A model generated the notes under the pieces. That model ran no database searches, had not been told where the DNA came from, and saw only the letters and a program-made list of their open reading frames with translations. A stretch of DNA of 64,000 bases from NCBI GenBank assembly GCA_963741205.1, contig CAVUHW010000028.1:33526-97525 (forward strand), read 5' to 3'. Position numbers and translations under genes: made by a program. The stretch comes from Nitrospirota bacterium. Its GTDB lineage: Bacteria > Nitrospirota > UBA9217. This document shows, piece by piece, positions 30,922 through 43,460 of the stretch. Positions within the stretch are counted from its first letter, which is position 1, and the number at the start of each line of letters is the position of its first letter.

Positions 30922-32208
30922 CTATTTTGATAAAAAACATCCTCACGATGTCGTTGTAGGAAACAACCGCGATCAGCGTGATCAAGAATCGCCGCGCCGA
31001 TGCTCTGGGACACTTCCATCACCTTCCTGCTCACCGGTTTCTTGCGGATGGCTTCGATCACCAGGAACAGGATCAGCCCGCCGTCCAGGACGGGGATGGG
31101 CAGCAGGTTCAGGATGCCGAGCGAGATGCTGATCATGGCAAGGAGCGAAAGAAACGAGGAAAGCCCGGCAGCCGCGGCCTGGCCCGACATCTGCGCGATC
31201 ATCACCGGTCCGCCGAGGGTCTTGATCGAGAGGCTGAAGGTCAGGAGTTTCTTGAGCGTGATGAACGTGAGATCGATGGCCTCGAGGGTCTTATCGAACC
31301 CCAGCCGCAGGGAATCGAAAAAGCCGTACTTCTTGAAGACCAGGTGCATCACCGGCTCCACGCCGATCACGTACCGTCCGCCGTCCTGGACAGGCGTGAC
31401 GGACACGTCCAGGCGTTTGCCTTCCCGCTCGATGGTGAGGATGAGCGTCTTGCCTTTGCTGTCTTTCACCAGGGAGGAAAACTGGTTCCAGTGATAGATC
31501 GTCTCGCGGTCCACGGCGAGGATCTTGTCATGCGCCTTGATCCCCGCCTTCTCCGCAGGGAAGCCCGGCTTCAAGTTGCCGATCTCGGCGGGCATGTCGG
31601 GGATCAGACCGGACATGCCGATCTTGAGCTCCGTGGCCGCTTCGGGCCTGCAGCGCCAGGACCTTTTTCTCACCGCCGCGGTCGATCATAACCGTCACGT
31701 CCGTGCCGGGATTCACGGCGATAAGGGACAGCGCCTTGGTCCAGTCGCTGATGCTCCGGCCGTTGATCTCCTCGATCACGTCGCCGGCGAGGAAGCCCGC
31801 GCGCTCGGCCGGAGAACCCTTTTCCACGAAGCCGACCTTTGCCGGGCCTTCGGAATAGGTGCCGACCATGAAGACCAGCGGCATGACGAGAAAGGCGAGG
31901 ACGATGTTCGTAAGCGGGCCCGTTGCCGCGATCTTGGCGCGCTGCCATACGGTCTTGGATTGGAACTCATCCGGCGCGCCGGTGGGCTCCTCGTCGGGGT
32001 TCTCGCCCGCCATCTTCACGTACCCGCCCAGGGGCAGCGCGGAGAGGACGTATTCCGTATCGCCCTTCTTGTAGCCGACGATCTTGGGCCCCATCCCGAG
32101 CGAGAACTTCTCGACGCGCACGCCCGCCCGCTTTGCCATGATGAAGTGACCGAACTCGTGCACGAACACGAGGATCCCGATCACGATCAAAAAATAGATA
32201 AGTGTCAT
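30922..32208 (-). CDS. rseP: RIP metalloprotease RseP (site-2 protease, M50 with PDZ); frame breaks
   Basis: MTLIYFLIVIGILVFVHEFGHFIMAKRAGVRVEKFSLGMGPK (HExxH), PDZ-like GSPAERAGFLAGDVIEEING and PAEKAGIKAHDKILAVD, and LNLLPIPVLDGG. The C-terminus YNDIVRMF is followed by a probable stop once the 6-nt homopolymer at 30932-30937 is corrected. Confidence 0.85.
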
Positions 32209-32247
32209 TCTATCTCCTTAATATCCAAGGTAACTGATCAGGTTGGC

Positions 32248-32330
32248 ATGCCCGAGAAAGCGGGAATCCATTTGACTTTTCGAAAGACTCAAGTCAAAAT
32301 GGATTCCCGATAAAAGCATCGGGAATGACA
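32248..32330. repeat. compound REP-like element of the GGGAATCCA / TGGATTCCCG / GGGAATGAC family
   Basis: cccgagaaagcGGGAATCCATTTGACTtttcgaaagactcaAGTCAAAATGGATTCCCgataaaagcatcgggaatgac has a central hairpin of about 16 bp flanked by two small hairpins. Related copies lie at 58261-58340 and 59607-59688. Confidence 0.75.
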
Positions 32331-32352
32331 GACTTATTCATTCCGCCTTCCA

Positions 32353-33517
32353 TCATCCGACATTCGCAATGATCTTCTCCGCTTCCCGCCTCGCCCAGAG
32401 GTCCGCCTTGAGGGCGTCCTCGACGGTCCTGACCGGGGTCTGTGAATGGGCATCCATCGTGGACCTGATTACGCGGGCGATATCGCCGTATCCGATCCTT
32501 GTCTGTCCAGGAAATATCCGACCGCCACTTCATTCGCCGCAGAGAGCACCGCGGGCATGGTGCCGCCTGCCCTGAGGGCGTCAAAGGCATAGGCCAGGCA
32601 CGGGAACCGGTCCATATCGGGGTCCTCGAAGGTGAGCGTGCCGACCCGCGCAAGGTCAAGGGCCGGAGATACGTCCGCAAGCCGTTCGGGATAGGTGAGG
32701 GCATACGCGATCGGGCCCTTCATGTCGGGCATGCCGAGCTGGGCCACGACCGCGCCATCCTGATATTCCACCATGGAATGAACGATGCTCTGCGGATGCA
32801 CGAGGACCCTGATCTTTTCGGGAGGAATATCAAAAAGCCATCGCGCCTCGATCACCTCAAGCCCCTTGTTCATGAGCGTGGCCGAATCGATCGTGATCTT
32901 CCTGCCCATGCTCCAATTCGGATGTTTCAGCGCCTGGGCCGGCGTCACCTCGTCGAGGTCTGTTCCGGGAATAGGTCCGGAACGGACCGCCCGACGCGGT
33001 CAGGATCAGCCGCCGGATATCTCGGTTCGCGCCCGCCTGCAGGCACTGGAAGATGGCGCTGTGCTCGCTGTCCACCGGGAAGACGCCGGTCCCCCGGCTG
33101 CGGGATTCGGCCATGACGAGTTCGCCGGCGGTGACGAGCACTTCCTTGTTCGCGAGCGCGACCTGCTTTGCCTGCCCGGATCGCGGCCATGGTCGGCACA
33201 AGCCCGGCAGTGCCCACAATGGCCGAGACCGTGATGTCCGCTTCATCCGCCGCAGCGACCCGGATCATGCCCTCGACTCCGGAGAAGACGCGGACGTTGA
33301 GGTCCGTCCAGCCGCTTTCTCAGGAGCTCGGCCGGCGCTTCCCCGGAAACGGATACGACTGGCGGGCCTGAACCGGCGCACCTGCTTTTCGAGAAGATCG
33401 ATATTATTGCCTGCGGCGAGCGCAACGACCGTGAACCGCGTCGGGAAACTTCTCAACAATCGAGAGCGTCGACCGGCCGATGGAACCCGTGGAGCCGAGT
33501 ATGGAGATTCTTTTCAA
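32353..33517 (-). CDS. dxr: 1-deoxy-D-xylulose 5-phosphate reductoisomerase; several frame breaks
   Basis: TTG at 33517, then [25 protein letters not shown], later [77 protein letters not shown] and [16 protein letters not shown]. The protein ends ...EKIIANVG with the stop at 32353-32355. Confidence 0.88.
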
Positions 33518-33580
33518 AATTGAACCGAATCCGAAGTCAGGAGGCGCACGAAGTTCATCGATCGACTCAGGACGCATTCC

Positions 33581-34382
33581 TTACCTCATCTTTAAATAGT
33601 AATACAGCACCGGCGCTGCGAAGAGCATGCTGTCCATCCGGTCCAGGATGCCGCCGTGGCCCGGGATGATCCCTCCCGAGTCCTTGATGCCGGCCGCGCG
33701 TTTGAGCAGCGATTCCACGAGGTCTCCGATGGTGCCGACCGCCGCGAGCACGAGGGCGATTCCGATTGCCTCGCCCGCGTCGATCGGCGGCATGAACCAG
33801 ACCCGGCACAAAAGCGCCATGCCGGCTGACGCGGCCAGCGCGCCGACAAGCCCTTCGATGCTCTTCTTCGGGCTCACCTTCTCATACAGCCGGTGCTTGC
33901 CGAAAGGGATGCCGATGGAGTAGGCGCCGATGTCCGATGCCCAGATAATGAAAGTACAGAAACACCAGCCACTGTTTGCCGTCCGCGCCGGTTCGGATCA
34001 CGACCTGGAAAGCGAACAGCATGGCCACGTAGAGGACGCCGAGGAGCGTCGATGCCGCATCCTCAAGCGCCCCGTCCACCGGACGGGGAGAGAACAGCCG
34101 CGCGACGAGGGTCACAAGCAGCAACGCCGCGACCATGAAAAACCCGCCCAGAGAGGGAAGCAGCGGATGATAGAACTCGATCACCGTGAACACGCCGAGC
34201 GCCATGCCCACGGCGGTCTGCGGACGGGCCCCCCGCGCCTGCGCCATGCGGTAAAATTCGTACAATCCCACGACGACGGCCGCGAGAATCAGCCCCGTAA
34301 AATACAACGGCGGCAGCTTCCAGGCAACAAGATAGAAAATAGGGAGAAAGAGAAGGCCCGAGATCACTCTCTTATGCAGCAT
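33581..34382 (-). CDS. cdsA: phosphatidate cytidylyltransferase; one frame break
   Basis: MLHKRVISGLLFLPIFYLVAW... is the membrane part. After a break near 33900 comes SPKKSIEGLVGALAAS...GDLVESLLKRAAGIKDSGGIIPGHGGILDRMDSMLFAAPVLYY. Confidence 0.85.
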
Positions 34383-34508
34383 GCATGGTCTCCATGATGA
34401 ATCCTGGATACTGGATGATCGCACTGCCTCCTGCTTCAACGGGAGGGCCGATGCGCGGATGGCTCGAAAGTTCGGATGCGTGTACTGCATAACGCATCCC
34501 GCACCTAA

Positions 34509-34527
34509 CCTCCCCTTGAAGGGGGAG
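34509..34527. repeat. CCTCCCCTTGAAGGGGGAG hairpin (family also at 53836-53958)
   Basis: Stem CTCCCC/GGGGAG with loop TTGAA, between the uppS stop and the cdsA start. Confidence 0.55.
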
Positions 34528-34541
34528 TATCTGACAGGTAA

Positions 34542-35301
34542 TCACTTCCGTGCGAGCTGCTCCTGTGTCAAACCGAACCTGCGCTGCCGCCCCTGGTAGT
34601 CGATAAGCGCCGCGTGCAGGTCCTTTTCCGAGAAGTCAGGCCACAGCGTATCGGTAAAATAAAGCTCGGCATATGCCGCCTGCCACAGGAGGAAGTTGCT
34701 GATCCGCTTCTCACCGCTCGTGCGGATGATCAGGTCCGGATCGGGAAGGCCCGCGGTATCCAGGTAGCGAGGAAAAAACTTCATCGGTCAGTTGCTCCGC
34801 CGTGGTTCCCGCGGCGCTCAACCGTCTTATCGCCTCGAGAATTTCTCCCCTCCCGCCGTAGGACAACGCAAGATTCAGCACCATGCCGGTGTTGCCCGCG
34901 GTCTCGGCGACGGCCTTTCCGATCCACTTGCGTGCTGATGCCGGAAGGCGTTCTATCCTGCCGATGGTGCGGAACCTGATGTCGTTCGCTTTCATGGTGG
35001 CGATTTCCGACTTGAGAAAGGTCCCGAGCAGGTCCATGAGAAACCCGACTTCGTCCTTGGGTCTCCCCCAGTTCTCATCGGAAAAGGCATACAGCGTCAG
35101 GACGTCTATGCCGATCCGCCGGCACTCCTCCGTAATGCGACGCACGGTTTCAACGCCCCGCTTATGCCCGGCTATGCGCGGGAGTCCCTTCCGCAGCGCC
35201 CAGCGGCCGTTGCCGTCCATGATAATGGCGACGTGATGCGGCATGTTTGCCGCATCCAGCGCCGCCATGTTCCCCTCATGAGGAGATCTTTTTTTATTCA
35301 T
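34542..35301 (-). CDS. uppS: undecaprenyl-diphosphate synthase; one frame break
   Basis: Start [35 protein letters not shown] at 35301, then [29 protein letters not shown] and [13 protein letters not shown]. After a break near 34780 the sequence reads [39 protein letters not shown]. Confidence 0.88.
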
Positions 35302-35355
35302 AATCCCTGTTTCAGTTTTCCGATCAGAACGCTCATTTACTCCAGACCTGAACGT

Positions 35356-35388
35356 GAATTCCGCATTCCGATTCCGCATTCCGATTCG
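35356..35388. repeat. single arm of the ATTCCGCA/ATTGCGGA unit repeat
   Basis: gaattccgcattccgattccgcattccgattcg lies upstream of the uppS start. It is related to the reverse complement of the arm at 25222-25259. No partner arm was seen nearby. Confidence 0.55.
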
Positions 35389-35390
35389 AC

Positions 35391-37171
35391 TCACTTTACC
35401 GGATAGCTCATTAACTTGATGGTATCGCTGGAAAACAATCCGCCCGGAATCCGCACCAGCGCCACGATCTTCGCGCCGGGACCTTCCTGACGGAGTATCT
35501 GAAAGTCGAGCACGGCGCCCTTGATGTCCTTGATGGTCCATCTCTGCTCAAGCCGGGCGCCTGTCCACCCCAGGCTGACGAATTCGGCCTGCGTGTAGCT
35601 TTCCGCAGATACGACCCGCCGCTGTTCTTCGGCAGCAGGATCTCGTCCCTGCCGTCTCCGTTCAGGTCAAGGGCCAGGACCCTTCCCGGGATCCTGACTA
35701 TCAGCGATTTGTTGTCCGTCTCCGCCGCTTCCTTGGAAAGGACGGCATCGATCCCCGTTACGGGCTTCGTCACCGCTTTTTGACCGCGGGATAGGACTCC
35801 TCGCTCTTCCAGATCAACGCGCCGCCGGAATAAACAAGCAACTGGTCCTTGTTGTCGAACGCAACGAGCAGCGGGGCCGGCTCTCCGAGCGCCGCAAATG
35901 CGAAACCGTAGAGCCCCACGCCGTCGGGCAGGGGCATCTCCGCGACCGGCGAGGTAGGCGCCGCTCGGACCATAGATATTGGCGGGCCGGTCCGCTGAAA
36001 AACGACCCGGGGTCGTATCCGCGGCCGATCAGGATATTCCCCTTGCCGGGGTAGGCGATGACGCGGAGAAAGCCGGGGATTTCGGCGATCTGATGATAGA
36101 CGCCATCCTGAAATTCAAAGACGCGCGAGACGACCTTCCCGTTCTGCATGGCCGTCACAAAGATCTCGGACCTGCCGTTCCCGTTGATGTCGGCGGCATC
36201 GAGGTTGATGTGCTGTATTTCACCGGCGCTAACGGGCACGTGCTCCACCCAATCTTCGCGCCAACCCGCGGGCCCCTGCCGGTAGACATGGAGCCTGACG
36301 CCGTCGGAAAAAGCATATTGCACGGCGCCGCTCCCTTCAAAATCGGCCGCGGTCATGAGCTGCGCGTCAAAGGGAAGCGCCGGGATGTCGTTCTTTTCTT
36401 CCGTCACAGGGGCGAAGAAGGGCTTCACTTCGGCGATGGCTTCCTTCCTGGACTTCAGATCGAGCATTGCGATAAGCGTATCGATCGGTCTGGCCTCATC
36501 GGCATAGAAAAGCCTGGCCGTGACGAGGAGCTTCCTGGCTTCGGATGGATAGATCCCGACGGCCGCGACGACATCAAGATTGTATGCCTTGCCCATCTCC
36601 TTGATCAGCGAGCGGTCGCGCTGCTTCTTGTCCTTGAGGAACCCGGCGACCGTCCCGCTGTCGAGCAGAGAGAACCTTCCTGACTCGTTCAGCCGCTCGG
36701 CAAGGCCCTGGATCAGTCTCGGGCCTGTCGGCCCGCAGCGGGAGGAGCGCCATGCTGATCTTCTTCGGCGTGATCCTCGCCTTGTCGCCCTCCTTCGGGT
36801 CCTTCAGTCGTTTTCTCATCACGACCGTAGCACGTGGTTTCCGTCACGTCCGTTACCGCGGCGTCGCCGACCTCATCCTCGGTCCGTCCGATCACCTGGC
36901 CGGTCACGGGATGGAGGATCTCCTTGCCGTCCCGCCACAGGGTGAGCATGACGCCGGGCACGAGTCCGTCTTTGGCCCCGAGTGAAACGGTGAACCGGTC
37001 GCCTTTGACGGCCTTGACCTCGCCCTGGACTTTGGGAAAGTGGGACTGGATCCCGGCTGCCAGCTCGTCGACGGATGCGATCTCCTCCACCCCGAGCGGC
37101 GTTTCGGAAGCGGCCGCCCCGGTCCCGAAGGCCGCGGAAAACAGCAGGAACAGAAGAATCAGTTTTTTCAT
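35391..37171 (-). CDS. secreted FG-GAP/VCBS-like repeat protein; several frame breaks
   Basis: Signal peptide MKKLILLFLLFSAAFGTGAAAS, Ca-binding-type repeats DINGNGRSEIFV and DLNGDGRDEILLP. The pieces lie in ORFs 36713..37204, 35814..36596, 35770..35973 and 35411..35773. The final frame ends ...IKLMSYPVK with the stop at 35391-35393. Confidence 0.6.
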
Positions 37172-37385
37172 GAACAGGACGACCCCTTTTCTCTCGATCT
37201 TCAAGGTATCATGTTACCCAACCCGGATAAGCCGGAATTCCAGAAGGCACTCTATTGAGAGAATGCCAGGAGTATATCGAATCAAATGTCGAAAATCAAT
37301 TACTCGCTGGATTCCGGCTAGAGCCATCCGTGAATGACAGTTTCGACGGGCGTATTTGAGAAAATTCGATTCTGTCGGCAACGAA

Positions 37386-39567
37386 CTATTCCACGCGAAT
37401 CCGTATCACCGCGGTCCAGGATTTCCCGGGACCGAGAGAGATGCGCCAGACCGGCATGAGCATGGAGCTCTGATAGACGCGCTCGAACCCGGCCTCGGAC
37501 TGGGACACCGTCTCCACCGGCGCGCGCCAGAGCATGGCCGGTTCGTCGAATGCAAGCGTGAGCCTGAGCTTGAGCCATTCGTCGACCAGGCTGACCTCGT
37601 GCACGTTGTTCGTTTCTCCGGAGGACGCGAGGTTCCTCTTGTCCAGCATATGGCCCGGAATATCGTAGTACCGGTCGTGGGAACTCCCCGCGAGGAAGGA
37701 AAAGTTAAACTCGCTGCCGAACGAGGTGTTCAGCTCTTCGGCGCTCGAGGTTTTCGATCTCATACCGAACCGAGAAATCCGGAGCGCCCCTGCGAAGGGA
37801 GATTTCCTTTCCCAGGCGGACGCGGAGCCCTGCCACGTTCCCCTCCCGCTCGAGGATGACGGCCGCGGAACTCCCCTGTTTCTTCTCCCGGACGCCGTAT
37901 GCCCCGAGGACAAAATCCCCGGCCTCATAATATTCGCAGCGTATGAAGGCCGCCAGGTCCACGCCGGACCCGAGGAAGTGGTCGATCAGCGATCCGCGGG
38001 TATACCAGTCGTACAGGAGGTGATACTGAAGCCCCTCCTCCTTCATGGCCACACGCTCATGAATGGTCTTTACGCCGCCGGTTTGGGCCGCGCCTGCCTT
38101 ATCCCCTGCGGCCCGGATGATCTTGTCGTGATAGCCTTCGCGCCTTCGTGTAAGCGTGTTCGTGAGATTGAACATGCGGGGCTTCCAGTCGAGCTCGGTC
38201 ATCCTGCCGCCGTCTGCCGGGTCTAGAAAGATGTTCAAAAGCTCGGAGTTCAGCATGATTTCATCGTTTCCGTCCTGGTCGAAATCGCCGCGTTCGATAT
38301 CGAGCCATGCCGGCGGGGCGCCTTTACCCTTTTTGACCTTGCCCCTTGCCGCCTGCGCCTTCAACATCCCGTCCGCCTGGAATTCCGCCTGGATCAGCTG
38401 CTCATAGACCCCCGAGCGCAGGTGGGGCAGGTAGAGACCTCCGAAGACGCCATGCCAGTACGCGTCGTTGCACTGCGCCTGGTAAAGATGGTCGAGCATC
38501 CGGGCCGCATCGGCTTTCTTCGCGCCTCCCAGTGCGTCGAGCGCCGCGTGCACCTTCCGGCTCGTCATCATCATGCGTTTGTGCATGTGGTTACTCTCGG
38601 AATATTTGGCCAGAAAGTTCCTCCAGATGCCGCCCTTGATGAAGGGCCGGAGACCTGCGAAGTCGGGCAGGTTCTTTACCTTTTCCAGCGCATCTTCGTA
38701 TTCCTTCATGGCACGGGTCGGGAGCGTCCACTCGCCCATCTCCATGTACGATGACGTGGGGAGATAGATCCGGCCGCGCGCCGGCTCCTTGTCCAGGTAT
38801 TCGGCGAAGGTCGTGGTCTCGAGCCAGTCGCTGTTCTGTTCAAGGAGCGAAAAAAACCGCTCCAGCCAGCCCTCTTCGTACACCGACCGGTAGGTCTCGG
38901 GCCAGACTCCGAACTTTTCGCCGTCATCGGCCATGACCGCCAGACGGTTCCGCTCCGTCGAACGAAGGGTGGAAAGAAACGAGATTGTTTCCTCGGGGAC
39001 ACGGAAAGGGATCAGGTAGCGGAGTCTCTCGCTCCCCGGGAAGATGCGGACGATCCTGTCCTGTTCCTCCGTAAGGTAGTAGCCGTCCAGGTCTTCGTCG
39101 CGCAGGCCGGCCATCTTGAAATGGAAGTCGTCGACGACCACGTGGTTGATGCCGGCTTCGGCGATGGACTTCGGAAGGTGCGGCTCCCAGACGCGCTCCG
39201 CGAGCCACATGCCGTGCGCGTCATAACCGATCTTTTTCCGCAGGTAATCCGAAAGCGCGCGGATCTGTCCGATCTTGTCATTATCGGGCAGCACCGCAAG
39301 GACCGGCTCGTAAAACCCGCCGGACAGGATCTCCACCCGGCTTTCCTCGACAAGGTCCTTCAGCATATCGATGAACTCGGGATGACGCCGCTCGAAGAAG
39401 TGATAGAGGATGCCGGTGTAGTGGAGCGTTATCTTGATCTGCCGATGGCGCTCAAGCGTCTTGACGAAGGGCAGGTAGGACTTCTGGTATGCCTCCTCTG
39501 CAACAGATTCGAAATTGCCGACCGGCTGGTGATTGTGGATGGCAAAAATAAATTGAACTTTTGGCAT
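37386..39567 (-). CDS. glycoside hydrolase family 57 (alpha-amylase / 4-alpha-glucanotransferase type); one frame break
   Basis: MPKVQFIFAIHNHQPVGNF...LTLHYTGILYHFF...EILSGGFYEPVLAVLP...GMWLAERVWEPHL...HVVVDDFHF. The C-terminal beta-rich domain lies in ORF 37386..37928. Confidence 0.85.
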
Positions 39568-39807
39568 GAGTTTAACCAGCCTGCTCTTTTTCCCCGCCAA
39601 GCGAGATAGATTGGGATATTAGCCTTATGGTGCTGAAATGTCAATCAAAAACAAGGGAATGGGGGGCTATAACGAAGGTCGCTGCCTGCTGTCTCATCTG
39701 TGCTGCGCCGATATGGTCCGCAGGGGACTGGGCTGGGGATGATCTGATAAATTTTGTTTATTTTACCCTCTCTTCGGTTCATGAAATCATTGATGTCAAT
39801 TGCCGGC

Positions 39808-40255
39808 TTATTCTTCTTCCTGTCTCTGAGATAGCACTTTTTTAAGCAGCCGCATCGACCCACGAAGACCGTAGCTTGCGAAGATGGTCCTGAACTTGGA
39901 GAACCATGAATAGGTGAACGTTACCGGGCTCCGGAGATTCTTACCCAGGGCGTAGTCATATTCCCAGACCAGCACGTGCCGCGCCCCCGCATCTTTCAGG
40001 ATTGACTTTACCTTCCCGCGGTCCCGGTCGAGGGAGTAAACGTTGACCGCGCTGGGGTCGCCGTTCCAGTACTTGGCGCTCGTGATAGCTCCCGAGTCGA
40101 TGAAGGGCGCCAACCGCCCCGCGAGCGCCACGATCTCATCCCGTTTGTCGAAAACGATCCACTTTCCGCCGAAGCGCTCCCATTCCCCGCGGTCGAAGGC
40201 TCTCGTGTTCGTCGGGCAAAAGCCATGTCCAGAGAAGGTCTTTTGCAGTTTTCAC
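39808..40255 (-). CDS. hypothetical protein; probable frame break in an A4 run near the start
   Basis: AAGGAG lies 9 nt before the GTG at 40255 (VKTAK). The body is ...FCPTNTRAFDRGEWERFGGKWIVFDKRDEIVALAGRLAPFIDSGAITSAKYWNGDPSAVNVYSLDRDRGKV... Confidence 0.4.
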
Positions 40256-40304
40256 GGCTCTCTACTCCTTGGTTTCTTCGCTGGTCAAACCTTGCATGAC
40301 CGGC

Positions 40305-41713
40305 CTACTCTGCTATGGTAATCGAGAAAGCCGCGCCTCCGGTTGCCATGGTCTGGACAAGCGACAGGCTGCCTGTGTCTTCATCAATGGCGAATACCGA
40401 AACGTCACCTGAACCGGAGTTCGCCACATACAGAAACCGGCCCGATGGCTCGCCGGCCAATTCCAGCGGTACGAGACCGGTTGCAAATGGCGATCCGGGT
40501 ACCGGTGTCAAGGCGCCCCTCTCCGTATCTAATACATATGCCGATACGTCATTCGATACGGTGTTGCCCACATACAGGAACTGCCCTGATGCATCGAGCG
40601 TCACGGAACGCGGATCCGTGCCTGCGGGGAATGGAGAACCCGCGACCTGGGTCAGCGCACCCGTGATCGTGTCAACGCGGTAGACCGTCACGTCGTTTGA
40701 AAAACGGTTGGGAACGAATGCGAATTTTCCCGAAGAAGAGAGTGCAATGTCGCGAGGCCCGCTGCCTGCTGCGAATGGTGAACCGTCAATGACCGTCAAT
40801 GAACCGGTTGTCTGATCTATGGCATAGGCCGTGACATTGTTCGAGTCGCGATTCGTCACGTAGAGATAGAGGCCGGAATCACCGACCGTCAGACCGTAGG
40901 GAACAAGTCCCGTCGCAAACGGCGATCCGGAAACTTCTGTCAAAGCGCCGCTGCTGATTGCGTAGCCCGAGACGTTGTTCGAACCGGCATTCGACAGGTA
41001 CAGAAGCTTTCCTGCAGGATCGGTCGTGATATTCTTTGGACCGGCCCCTGTAGGTACGGGCGTTCCCGGAACCAGTGAAAGCGCGCCGGTTACGGCATTA
41101 ACCGCATAACTCGCGATCGTGTTCGAAATATCGTGAGTGACAAACAAAAAATCGCCTGCGGGGCTGAGCTCTACATATCGCGGACCGGATCCCGGAACCG
41201 TGACAGAGCCCGCTGTGCTCAACTGCCCGGTATCTGCGTCAATGCTGAGGATGGCGATGGTGTTCACATCATGATTTGCAACGTATGCAAAACGTGCCCG
41301 CTCTGCTTCAACATCGAGACGTATGCGGCCGCTGATTTCCCCGGCTTTCGCTGAGATGGTCGTTACGCCTTTACCGCTGGTAGAAATCATCCCGGAACCG
41401 CTGACTGTCGCAACACCGACATTCGACGAATTCCAGGTCACTTGAGCTGGTCACGTCGCGTCTGCTGCCGTCGGAGAACGTGCCCATGGCGGTGAAAAGC
41501 CTCGACGTACCGGAGGCAAGAGCTGTTCACCGGCAATACCTGTATTGACTGCAGGTCCGAAGCCGGACTTGCCGTATCCCTGCTGCAGCCGATCGGCACA
41601 GATGCGATCATGGAGAGGACAACCGCAAAGGCGAGTGGTATGAAATCTCCAAGCCGGCTGATACTGACGATTCTCGCCACTGTGGGATACGGTGCTTCAA
41701 CGACATATTTCAT
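40305..41713 (-). CDS. lipoprotein with Big_2 Ig-like domain and 7-bladed lactonase-type beta-propeller; N-terminal frame breaks
   Basis: Lipobox ...VVLSMIASVPIGCSRD (ORF 41438..41713). Big_2-like VTWNSSNVGVATVSGSGMISTSGKGVTTISAKAG. Repeated blades follow the pattern FAYVANxxxNTIxxYxIDxxTGxLTxVxGSPFxxGxxP (intact ORF 40305..41441). Confidence 0.75.
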
Positions 41714-43209
41714 TTCACCCTCCTTTCCTGAGCCACCAATAAAATCGCGGAGTGCTGAGGAGGGAATCTCCTGAGGCGCCTACTCTTCAGCACCTTTACC
41801 TCTTTGATGACAATCGAAGATGCACTTCCACCCGAGGGCACCGTTTGAATCTTCGTAAGGCCGCCGGTTTCTTCGTCAATTGCGAAGGCGATGACATCTC
41901 GTGACCTCGCATGCGAGACATACAGAAACCGTCCCGAAGGGTCAACGTCAAAACCCAGAGGAAAACCGCCGCTCGGGAACGGAGAACCCGGTACGGCCGT
42001 GAGACTTCCCGTCTTCCTGTCGATGAAAGTATGCCGAGATATCATTCGATGACCGTGGTTCCCTACATAGAGGAACTTCCCCGACGGCATCTGCTGTCAA
42101 TTCGCGTGGATCGGAGCCGGCCGGGAAAGGAGACCCGGCAACGGGAGTCAAGGCGCCGCTAAGCGGATCGATGCTCAGGACCGTCACGGCGTTTTCAAAA
42201 CGGTCGGTTACGAATGCGAACATGCCCGAGGCGGATAATTCGATGGCTCGAGCGCCTCTCCCCGCGGGGAACGGCGAACCCGGGATCGGGGCCAGTGCAC
42301 CCGTCGCAGCATCTATCGAGTAGACCGACACGGCGTTCGAATCCCGATTCGTCACGTAGAGAAACAGGCCCGAATCACTAACTTCCAGGCCGTATGGCGC
42401 CAGACCGGTGGGAAAGGGCGAACCGGGCATTTCGGTCAGACCGCCATTATTGAGAACGTATCCTGAAACGTCGTTCGAACCCACATTCGATAGATACAGG
42501 AACTTGCCCGCGGGATCGATCGCAATATTTCTGGGAGACACGCCCGTCGGAACGGGGGTCCCCGGCACCAGGGTCAGCATGCCTGTGAAGGGATTGATCG
42601 CGAAGCTCGCGATAGAGTTCGAGACCTGGTTGGTGACGAACAGAAAATCGGCCGCCGGATCGAGCTCCAGATAGATCGGGACTTACACCCGACGAAGAAA
42701 CCGCTCCAGCGTCGCTTAATTGTCCGGTTTCAGGGTCGATTCTGAAGAGGGAGATGGTGTTCACATCCGTATTCGCCACATATGCAAACAGGGCCCGCTC
42801 GGCCTCAAAGTTTGGACCCTTCCGGCCGGCATCTCGCTCCCGCATTCGCCGACATGGTGTTACCCTTTACCTGCGGGACCAGTCATCCCGGAACTGACTG
42901 ACTGTCGCAGCACCGTTATTCAACGAGTTCCAGTCACTTGACCGGTCACATCACGGCTGCTTCCGTCGGAGAACGTGCCCATGGCGATGAAGCGGCATAG
43001 GTGTATCGGAGGCCGTCGCACCGTTGACGGCCGATACCTGAGTTGAGTAGATCCGGAACCTGCTTCGAACTATCCCTGCTGCAGCCGATCTGCGCCGCCG
43101 CAATCAGGGAGAGGACGACTACAAAGACGAACTTCATGAGACCTCCGTACAGAACGCCATGAACATTTTTTGTCATAGCTGTATGAGGTATTTCCATTAA
43201 ATATTTCAT
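41710..43209 (-). CDS. paralogue of the preceding lipoprotein (Big_2 plus lactonase-type beta-propeller); several frame breaks
   Basis: MKY...MKFVFVVVLSLIAAAQIGCSRD (ORF 42946..43209). Blades lie in ORFs 42447..42845, 41948..42580 and 41710..42090. By eye it is roughly 60% identical to 40305..41441. Its stop overlaps the downstream start (ATGA at 41710-41713). Confidence 0.7.
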
Positions 43210-43460
43210 GTCACCCTCCTTCCCTGTGCCGCCGAAAAAATTGAGGCTGGCGCAATTTCGGACACAAAATATCCTAATTTAAAGGTATCACTGTTTCCGG
43301 GATCTGTCAAAGCGATACTGCCGCCACGAGGCGGGAGTTCGAAAAAACAGGAACTTAGGGTGCAATACTATTATTCCTCTCGTCTATTTCAATTCCTGTT
43401 CGCCGACTCAGCCAGATTGCTCGATGTAATACCGTGGTAGCATACGAGTTGCACGAGTTC

